Shown here: piece after piece, positions 49,041 through 56,628 of the stretch
How positions within the stretch are numbered: the stretch's first letter is position 1
Layout: each line of letters starts with the position of its first letter
Origin: Clostridiales bacterium
GTDB taxonomy: Bacteria; Bacillota; Clostridia; Saccharofermentanales; Saccharofermentanaceae
Assembly (NCBI GenBank): GCA_017513085.1
Contig: JAFWDK010000019.1
Location: 1-64,000, forward strand
Direction: 5' to 3'
DNA length: 64,000 nucleotides
Translations under genes and position numbers: made by a program
Notes under the pieces: generated by a model
Databases searched by the model: none
The model's input: only the letters and a program-made list of their open reading frames with translations
What the model was told of the DNA's origin: nothing

Positions 49041-49400
49041 ATGAATAATTATCCCGAAGACAGAATCGGATTAGTCATCAAATCTGCCGATTCAATCGCA
49101 AAATGTATATCAATCATCCGCAAATACAACCCGATTTCTATATCAGAGATTAAAACTGCTATAGAAAGCAAAGCCTTTGTTTTTGATTGTGATTATACCA
49201 ACGACTCAGCTGTTCGGAAAATACGTCGTTGCTACGATGAGCTTGTAAAAACCGGAGCCACTGTAGAAATATACGAAGACGGAGATCTGACAACCCGAGA
49301 ATTCATCTCCAATCTGTTGAATACCTATCGAGAAATAGATCAGGAAATCCAGAATCAGATCGATGCAGAAGTTGCTACCGAAGGTGGCGATGAAGAATAG
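49041..49400 (+). CDS. Small acidic protein, putative immunity protein
   Basis: AGGAGG RBS overlapping the toxin stop; 119 aa with an acidic C-terminus. Function inferred from position only. Confidence 0.6.
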   Translation: MNNYPEDRIGLVIKSADSIAKCISIIRKYNPISISEIKTAIESKAFVFDCDYTNDSAVRKIRRCYDELVKTGATVEIYEDGDLTTREFISNLLNTYREIDQEIQNQIDAEVATEGGDEE

Positions 49401-49427
49401 CTTTCTCTGTCACATCAACCCTCTAAT

Positions 49428-49464
49428 AAAACCTCTCCGTTTCCTCAGAAGCGGAGAGGTTTTT
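49428..49464. terminator. Bidirectional intrinsic terminator
   Basis: AAAACCTCTCCGTTTC-ctca-GAAGCGGAGAGGTTTTT. Confidence 0.85.
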
Positions 49465-49591
49465 GATTTGTCATAATAAAAATATTTCGGCTTATCAGTC
49501 CTTATACTCAGATAGAAACGTCCGACAAAAGGGCCTCTTCATTGTGAACTGACAGCTACTTCTCGATTCTTTAGCCGTCTCTTCAGTCAGA

Positions 49592-51355
49592 TCAACCCTT
49601 CGACACAAGATCCACAAACGAAGCGATCTCAAATTCGCCCAGATCCTGCTTTTCTTCTTCCGCATCGCGGCTTCGGACCGACATGGAGTGATTCTTCATC
49701 TCCTTCTCCCCAACCACGATAATGTACGGCACCTTTTCCATTCTCGCCGCGCGGATCTTATAGCCCAGTTTCTCGTCGGATTCATCCAGCTCCACACGTA
49801 CATCCTGTTCACTCAGTTCCGCGGCCAAAGCACTTGCATATTCCAGATACTTGTCCGATACCGGTAAGATCTTCGCCTGTACCGGCGACAGCCACACCGG
49901 AAATTTTCCGGCATAGTGCTCGATCAGGATACCAAGGAAACGGTCAATACTTCCGAATACCACACGATGCAGCATGATCGGCCGGTGCTTCTCACCATCT
50001 TGTCCGAAGTAATCGAGGTCAAATCTCTGTGGCAGCTGGAAATCCAGCTGGATCGTGCCGCACTGCCACATTCTTCCGATGGAATCCTTGATATGGAAGT
50101 CCAGCTTCGGTCCGTAAAAAGCACCGTCGCCTTCGTTGATCGCATAGGGTTTTCCGACACCTTCCACCGCAGATTTAAGTGAGTTGATCGCCAGTTCCCA
50201 CTCTTCATCACTGCCGATGGAATTCTCCGGTCTCGTGGACAATTCGATCTCATACTTGAAGCCGAATCTCTCGTAGAACTCATCGATCAACCGCATGACA
50301 CCCTGGATCTCCGATTCCACCTGATCTTCGCGCATGAAGATATGGGCATCATCCTGCGTGAAACATCTTGCCCGCATCAGACCATGGAGCGTACCGGATT
50401 TCTCCGCACGGTGCACGATCCCCAGTTCTCCGACACGCATCGGAAATTCCCTGTAGGAATGCGGCTTGGATTTATACACCAGCATACCGCCCGGACAGTT
50501 CATCGGCTTGATTGCATAATCCGTATCATCCACACTCGTCGTATACATATTCTCTCTGTAGTGATCCCAGTGACCGGACTTTTCCCACAGCGTTCTCATC
50601 AGCATGATCGGCGTACTGATCTCCTGATAGCCTTCTCTTCTATGGATCTTTCTCCAGTAGTCGATCAGAATGTTTTTCATCATGAGTCCCTTCGGAAAAT
50701 AAAACGGCAGTCCCGGTCCCTCATCCATCAGCGCGAAAAGCTCCAGTTCTTTTCCCAGCTTTCTGTGATCTCTGGCACGTGCCTCTTCAAGCTGATGCAG
50801 GTACTCTTCCAGCATAGATGCCTTTGGAAAAGAGATTCCGTAGATCCTCGTGAGCATCGGGTTATGCTCATCACCACGCCAGTATGCGCCGGCTACCGAT
50901 AGAAGCTTGATTGCTTTAATGTGGCTGATGTTCACGATATGCGGTCCGGCGCAGAACTCCGCATAGTCGCCCTGCTTGTAGAACGTAATGTGTGCATCGT
51001 CCGGCATCTCCCGGATCAGCTCCATCTTGAACGACTCGTTTCTCTCCTCCATATAGGCGTACGCTTCGTCTTTACTTACCTCGTACACCTGAAGAGAAAG
51101 TGACTCTTTCACGATTTCCTTCATCTTCTCTTCCACCGCCCGAAGATGCTCATCGGAAAAAGCAAAACCGAAATCGAAGTCATAGTAGAACCCGTTCTCG
51201 ATCGCCGGACCGATCGCGCATTTCGCATCCGGATACAGACGTTTCACCGCCTGCGCCAGAACATGTGCGCTCGTGTGCCAGAAAGCCTTCTTTCCTTCTT
51301 TGCTTTCAAATGCTGCTTCCAAAACCTGTTGATCATTTCTTAAAATCTTCATCAT
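49592..51355 (-). CDS. thrS: Threonine--tRNA ligase (short N-terminus, TGS domain largely absent)
   Basis: HTSAHVLAQA, RDHRKLG, KPMNCP, FTQDDAH, GAFYGPK and QCGTIQLDF; AGGAGG RBS. Confidence 0.97.
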   Translation of the reverse strand: MMKILRNDQQVLEAAFESKEGKKAFWHTSAHVLAQAVKRLYPDAKCAIGPAIENGFYYDFDFGFAFSDEHLRAVEEKMKEIVKESLSLQVYEVSKDEAYAYMEERNESFKMELIREMPDDAHITFYKQGDYAEFCAGPHIVNISHIKAIKLLSVAGAYWRGDEHNPMLTRIYGISFPKASMLEEYLHQLEEARARDHRKLGKELELFALMDEGPGLPFYFPKGLMMKNILIDYWRKIHRREGYQEISTPIMLMRTLWEKSGHWDHYRENMYTTSVDDTDYAIKPMNCPGGMLVYKSKPHSYREFPMRVGELGIVHRAEKSGTLHGLMRARCFTQDDAHIFMREDQVESEIQGVMRLIDEFYERFGFKYEIELSTRPENSIGSDEEWELAINSLKSAVEGVGKPYAINEGDGAFYGPKLDFHIKDSIGRMWQCGTIQLDFQLPQRFDLDYFGQDGEKHRPIMLHRVVFGSIDRFLGILIEHYAGKFPVWLSPVQAKILPVSDKYLEYASALAAELSEQDVRVELDESDEKLGYKIRAARMEKVPYIIVVGEKEMKNHSMSVRSRDAEEEKQDLGEFEIASFVDLVSKG

Positions 51356-51404
51356 GTGTTGCCTCCTTTTGCAATAAATCAATAGGTGTATATTCGCAAC
51401 AACA

Positions 51405-51655
51405 TAAGAAAAGCACCCCAAAGATCGAATAGATCTTAAGGGTGCTATATGCACGGTTCCACCTTAACTTTTCACTTCAGATTCCAACAAATCCTAGCCT
51501 TTAACGCAGACATACGGTAACACTTACTCATTGTTCAGCATTACAGCTCGGGAATGGTTTTCGTCCGCTATCCTCATAAGTGACTTCCACCAAATGTCAC
51601 TCTCTCTGGCTGATTCACCACGGACTACTCTTTTCCGTCAATGCTTTTCTTATGT
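51405..51655 (-). promoter_or_regulatory. T-box riboswitch (Thr)
   Basis: Minus strand shows stem I with AGAGA and GGTGGAA, specifier GAAA-ACC (Thr codon), T-box AAGGTGGAACCGTG and terminator GCACCC...GGGGTGCTTTTCTT. A TTGACA/TACTAT promoter lies at 51695-51666. Confidence 0.92.
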
Positions 51656-51706
51656 TATTAGGCTGATAGTAGCAAAGACACAAGAACCTTGTCAAGCCAT
51701 GATGTC

Positions 51707-51740
51707 AAAAAAGAAGGCGTGACCGAAGTCACGCCTTCTT
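51707..51740 (-). terminator. Intrinsic terminator after the SPFH gene
   Basis: AAGAAGGCGTGAC-ttcg-GTCACGCCTTCTTTTTT on the minus strand. Confidence 0.9.
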
Positions 51741-51761
51741 GATCGTTTTTGTTTAAGAGGA

Positions 51762-53093
51762 TCAACCCTGTGGCTGACCGCACTCACCGCAGAACTTACC
51801 GGTGTTGCCTGTCTTGCCGCACTTGCTGCATGTCCAGCCAGCGTTATCTGCCGGCTTCGGAGAACCGCAGTTTGCACAGAACTTACCTGTGTTGCCTGCC
51901 TGTCCGCAAGAGCATGTCCAGCCTGCATTTTCAACCGGCTTCGGAGAACCGCAGTTAGCGCAGAACTTGCCCTGGTTTCCGCTCTGGCCGCAAGAACATG
52001 TCCAGCCGCCTGCCGCTGCCGGAGCCTGCTGCTGCATCATCTGCTGCTGTTGCTGCATCATCTGCTGCTGCTGGAGGAAAGCCATACCCTGGTTACCCGG
52101 GTTCATTCCGCTTCCGCCGAAACCACCAACAAGGCCGACGCCCATCATAGCGTTGCCGGCACCTGCTGTATTGCCTGCAGCTGTCTTCATAGCATCAACA
52201 GAACCCTTGACCTGGTAACCGGCAGCCATGTTCGGGTTGTTACCAAACATAAGACCATCGTCCATAGCTTCGATTCTCTCTCTGGACTTCTCATCCGGAG
52301 TAATGGACATGATAGCAACTTTCTCAACGACCATACCACGGCCCTGGAGCCATTCTTCGTCAAGAACTTCGTTCATGTACTTAGCAAGCTTTACCTGCTG
52401 GCTCTGCAAGCGGTTGTACTGTACTTCTTCTCCACCGGCACCCATTCTGTTCAGAGCATCGCCGAGGTTCATGAGGAACTCAGCCTTAGCCTGACCAGGC
52501 TGTCCGTTCTTACCCATCAGTTCGTCGCGACGATAATCGCCTGCTACGTTACCGGCAATGTTCTTGAAGAACGTAACCGGGTCTACGATCTTGAATGAGA
52601 ATGTACCATTCATGCGGATGTAGATACCACGATATGTCGGATCATCGTAAGGAAGCGGAGATGCGGTGCCAAACTTATTGTCTGTCATTTCCAGCATATT
52701 TACAAAGTAAACTCTCTGCTGTGTAAGAGCCTCACCGCCGGCCTTAATACGGCCCCAGATATCAGCGCAGGATTTCTTTACGCCGTCGAGGAATCCGCTT
52801 GTGCCGAAGCAAGAAGGAGCAGAAGATGTATCCCAAGTATACATACCTGCCTCAGTTGTAAAATCTACTACACGGCCATTGTCTACCAGGATCAGTGCGG
52901 TTCCTTCCGGAACAGCGATCTTAGATCCGTTACTGATGATTTCTACATCACCTTTATTGCTACCATTACGTACGACTTTTGCACCGCGGCGGAGCAGTAC
53001 TTCCTGACCAAGTGAGTCACATGTGAAGAACTCAAGATACTGATCTCTTAAGTTTCCGCCAACAGCCTGAATTGCAGCCTTAATTAAGCCCAT
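51762..53093 (-). CDS. SPFH domain protein (YdjI-like) with three C-terminal zinc ribbons
   Basis: MGLIKAA, ISNGSKIAV, QRVYFVN..E..NKFGT; WTC(S)CG..N.GKFC..CG three times at 84-bp period; poly-Q linker. Confidence 0.88.
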   Translation of the reverse strand: MGLIKAAIQAVGGNLRDQYLEFFTCDSLGQEVLLRRGAKVVRNGSNKGDVEIISNGSKIAVPEGTALILVDNGRVVDFTTEAGMYTWDTSSAPSCFGTSGFLDGVKKSCADIWGRIKAGGEALTQQRVYFVNMLEMTDNKFGTASPLPYDDPTYRGIYIRMNGTFSFKIVDPVTFFKNIAGNVAGDYRRDELMGKNGQPGQAKAEFLMNLGDALNRMGAGGEEVQYNRLQSQQVKLAKYMNEVLDEEWLQGRGMVVEKVAIMSITPDEKSRERIEAMDDGLMFGNNPNMAAGYQVKGSVDAMKTAAGNTAGAGNAMMGVGLVGGFGGSGMNPGNQGMAFLQQQQMMQQQQQMMQQQAPAAAGGWTCSCGQSGNQGKFCANCGSPKPVENAGWTCSCGQAGNTGKFCANCGSPKPADNAGWTCSKCGKTGNTGKFCGECGQPQG

Positions 53094-53122
53094 TTTAATC
53101 TCCTCCCAAACAAGAAAAATTT

Positions 53123-53956
53123 TTAATACTCAAGCAACTGATCCACAAGCCAGACTCGCATATCAACCGTCTTGATTGCTGTACCGCAGAATTCACAAAC
53201 ATCTGTACCCAGATGGCGAACCGGAGCACCGCAATGCGGACAGTTGAAACCAACCCCTTTTGTGTCTTCCATTGCAAGCCTTGTCGCGTCAAGGATATTG
53301 ATCACTTTTACGTTGTATCGGACCTGCGTTGGAGTCGCTCGATTGCCTGATATAAATTTACCATTTCTTTCCTGGTATTGCAAATATTGTAACGAATATT
53401 GGAAGGTGATTTCCACCGTCGATGCAGTCCTTTTATAGTCGTTAATTCCACCTTTATGCACGCATACATCACGGTAAATCAGACTTTTCCCCGTGGAACG
53501 CGCAGAACCCACGATCTGGTCGATATTCTGGCACAGTGAACGGGTCACGCCGATGCCGCATGCGCAGAGTTCACGCTCGATCCGATCAATGCCGTCTCCA
53601 TTAGTCGGAGTCGTCATTTCGGTCTGCAACTGCAAGCTTTTGACCAGTACCGCCTGCGCCGCGCTCTGCATCTCACTGATATTCAGATCCGGATAGTCTC
53701 TCGCAATACGAGGAATCAAAGTCATCGAAAGATCCGATACGGATTTCGGCGGCGCCTGCACGACCTCGCGCATACTCAGATCTTCCGGTCCGACTTTACC
53801 CTGGCGGATCTCATCTTTGACTCCTTGGGTGATCATGCCGAGAAGAGAGTTACGCCATGCACGTCTCGCCTTTCTCACGCCTCCGATCACACCCAGTGTA
53901 CCCAAAAGACCCACAACAGCTACGATTGCCCATTTAACAGAAAACCATTCCGGCAT
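53123..53956 (-). CDS. Membrane-anchored zinc-ribbon protein
   Basis: N-terminal TM helix; C-terminal NCPHCGAPV...CEFCG. Confidence 0.8.
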   Translation of the reverse strand: MPEWFSVKWAIVAVVGLLGTLGVIGGVRKARRAWRNSLLGMITQGVKDEIRQGKVGPEDLSMREVVQAPPKSVSDLSMTLIPRIARDYPDLNISEMQSAAQAVLVKSLQLQTEMTTPTNGDGIDRIERELCACGIGVTRSLCQNIDQIVGSARSTGKSLIYRDVCVHKGGINDYKRTASTVEITFQYSLQYLQYQERNGKFISGNRATPTQVRYNVKVINILDATRLAMEDTKGVGFNCPHCGAPVRHLGTDVCEFCGTAIKTVDMRVWLVDQLLEY

Positions 53957-53998
53957 ATTCCTTCTCCCCCTTTTTCAGTACATGTTTCCCACTCACTC

Positions 53999-54694
53999 TT
54001 AATACTTATAAAGCACTTTTCGATCCATCGCGAGTACCGGAATCCCCCCTGGCGTCTTCTCTTTCCAGGATTCCGGAAGCACATTGTCCAGACCGGTCTG
54101 GTAAACAAGCGGAATGCCTGTCAGTTCAGATGCTTCTTTAAGCACCTTCTCTCCTTCGATCAACTCTTCTTCTGTCGTATCTTCCAAAAGGTTGGAGTTA
54201 TTAATGAAACCACTGATCGGAAGTCTTGCCGCCTCGGAGAGTTCCGATGCCATCTGACGGATGCTCTCAGCGTCCGAAGTAAACGGACGGAATGCATTGA
54301 CGACCATATACACGCGATACTCGATGTTCTTAAACCGGCTCAGCATGGCACCGAGAACTCTCGCGCCGAGGTCTTCACCGCCGATATCGAAAACGGAGAC
54401 GGTATCCTCCTGGTCAAATGCCGAATACACCTCACCGGAAAGCGCCGGTACATCAACGTTGGTATTGGCATACTCCGGAACGATAACGTGGATACCTTCG
54501 GCTTCAAGAGCATCCTTGGCATCCGCCGAACGGTAATAAGGATTCACGATATCAAGATCCGCCAGCATAACTTTGGCAGAAGGATCTTCTTTCTTCAGTT
54601 TATGTGCAAAATGTACCGACACTTCAGACTTGCCACTGCCATATGCACCGACAAACACGTAAAGCCGTACTTTCTTGTTTGTATCTTCGCTCAT
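53999..54694 (-). CDS. P-loop NTPase (MinD/ParA/CobQ-like)
   Basis: GAYGSGKSE, LADLDIVNPYYRS and DIGGEDLGARVLG. Confidence 0.8.
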   Translation of the reverse strand: MSEDTNKKVRLYVFVGAYGSGKSEVSVHFAHKLKKEDPSAKVMLADLDIVNPYYRSADAKDALEAEGIHVIVPEYANTNVDVPALSGEVYSAFDQEDTVSVFDIGGEDLGARVLGAMLSRFKNIEYRVYMVVNAFRPFTSDAESIRQMASELSEAARLPISGFINNSNLLEDTTEEELIEGEKVLKEASELTGIPLVYQTGLDNVLPESWKEKTPGGIPVLAMDRKVLYKY

Positions 54695-54717
54695 TTTGTT
54701 TCCTCGTTCAAAGAGAA

Positions 54718-54747
54718 TTCGGATGGCATGAGATCACGCCATCCGAA
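54718..54747. terminator. Hairpin downstream of the lipoprotein gene
   Basis: TTCGGATGGC(A)TGA-ga-TCA(C)GCCATCCGAA. Confidence 0.55.
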
Positions 54748-54827
54748 CATTAGCATACCATTTCTTATAAGAATTGACTACAAAAGAAAGAGCCGAATAA
54801 CCGTTTCTATCTTTCTGATCAGGCGCA

Positions 54828-56513
54828 TCAGGCGCCCATGAATACCTTGACGAAAAGATCCTGCATACTCTCTCCGTTGATCAAAGGCTCATAATCATTT
54901 GCTTCGTAATTAAGATCCAGTCGCACATAGACGTCTTTCTCCGAATCCTCATCGAGGACCTTAAGTACCTCATAGGCTTTCTTCTCCCCGGACAAACGGT
55001 TCGTCGAACATGGTTGCAGACTGGTACCCGCTTTCAGCGTGACAGAACCTATTTTTTCGCGTGTCTCCGGATCGATCTGATCGACTTCAAGGTCCTTCTT
55101 GAGGCATGGAAAGATCCGTCCGTAGTAACAGTTGCATAAAGCATATTCCTGATCGATGACCGGCTTACCACTCTCATCGATGTGATAGACAGCATCCGTG
55201 CATTCGAGACCGATGACATACACTTCTTCCAAGAGGATCACTTGATCCGGATCGAAGTTCTGGCAAGGAGCTTGCAGCCACTTTCCGGAACCGCCTTTGT
55301 ACTCCGCTTTCTTTCCGATGATCTCATAGATCATGATCCCCATGTTGTTATCTTCGCCACCTGTCCAGATATAAAGGAAATCCTTACCATGAGTATGGAC
55401 AAGCGTCAGGAACTCAGCGATCTCATCACCGCCGGAACCCGATGTATCCACCTTTGTTTCCTGGTCATCGACCCGGATGGAGAAAGAACCTATCTCGTAA
55501 AACTGGTGTTCCACATCAATATCCACACGGATATTCTCTGTCTTTCCGTCCCCGTCAAGATCCCAATGGAAGTCCTTGTTCGGCGAGAGGTGAAGCACAT
55601 AGTTTTCCGGAATCGAATCGAAGAATTCTCCATTAAATACATCTTCGTTTCCAATGTATCCGATATGTGCCGGTGCACGCATGTATCTTCTGAAAATGCC
55701 GATATCATAATACACAGTGATACCAGAATAATCGATCGTAAAAGGAACATCATCCGAGTTCAGGAAAGAAAGAATATCTTTTTCCTTGTACGTCTCCAGG
55801 TCATACTCTGTCAGAGTATCCATAATGCTGTTTTTCGCCAGTTCTACGAACCGTTCTTTATCCTTGACCACATCAGAAAGAGCAATCTTTTTTCCTGTCG
55901 CCGTATCGTAGTTGATCAGGTTTTTAGAGGTCAGTTCTTTATCCATCTGTTCACTATTGGAAGGATAATAGACCGTAGCGATCTTCTCATCCGCACGGAG
56001 GACGACAGGAACAATATCCTCTACGACCTCGACTTCGCCATCTTTCGTACCGAATTTACCCATATACTCTGTTTTTTTATTCTCAAGATACTCCCCGGTA
56101 TAAGAAGCAAATGCCTTGCCATCTTCTTTGGCTGCACCATTGAGGGTTTCCGCGTTATCTCCGGAGAATAAAGGATGACCATAATATCCTAAATAGTACT
56201 CGATGCAGTTATAACCCGGATTATCATCACCCGATATGTTCTTGGGTTGGAAAGCAAAGACTTTTTCCCGAAAAATCCAAACAGGAAGATAATTGATCTT
56301 CTTAAAGGTCGGCGCATCGTAAGAGATCGTTTCTTCTTTCGATGTCTCTGTCGGTTCTTCGGATGTTTCTGTTTCTTTTTCTGAAGTAGTCGTGGTAGCT
56401 TCGGATGAAGGAGCCGTTGATTCACTTTCAGATGATGTTTCAGGATCCTGTTTCGAGCACGAACAGAAAAGCACTGACATTGCGAGTGCAACAGCTACAA
56501 TTGACTTTTTCAT
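54828..56513 (-). CDS. Lipoprotein with Ser/Thr/Glu-rich linker (RsiV/DUF3298-like middle region)
   Basis: MKKSIVAVALAMSVLFCSC lipobox; NYDTATGKKIALSDVV and FTIDYSGITVYY. Confidence 0.7.
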   Translation of the reverse strand: MKKSIVAVALAMSVLFCSCSKQDPETSSESESTAPSSEATTTTSEKETETSEEPTETSKEETISYDAPTFKKINYLPVWIFREKVFAFQPKNISGDDNPGYNCIEYYLGYYGHPLFSGDNAETLNGAAKEDGKAFASYTGEYLENKKTEYMGKFGTKDGEVEVVEDIVPVVLRADEKIATVYYPSNSEQMDKELTSKNLINYDTATGKKIALSDVVKDKERFVELAKNSIMDTLTEYDLETYKEKDILSFLNSDDVPFTIDYSGITVYYDIGIFRRYMRAPAHIGYIGNEDVFNGEFFDSIPENYVLHLSPNKDFHWDLDGDGKTENIRVDIDVEHQFYEIGSFSIRVDDQETKVDTSGSGGDEIAEFLTLVHTHGKDFLYIWTGGEDNNMGIMIYEIIGKKAEYKGGSGKWLQAPCQNFDPDQVILLEEVYVIGLECTDAVYHIDESGKPVIDQEYALCNCYYGRIFPCLKKDLEVDQIDPETREKIGSVTLKAGTSLQPCSTNRLSGEKKAYEVLKVLDEDSEKDVYVRLDLNYEANDYEPLINGESMQDLFVKVFMGA

Positions 56514-56628
56514 AAATACACCTCTTTCCACATGATTTCATTGCCATTTGGAATAATTATATCTAAAATGCGCATTACATATGTGACACATAAGTTATCT
56601 TAAGCGTTGCCGATTGGCGTTTTGGCGC

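Noticed and set aside
45620-49590. Prophage or IS element explaining the islet
   Set aside because: No integrase, transposase, structural genes, terminal inverted repeats or target duplications were found by eye.
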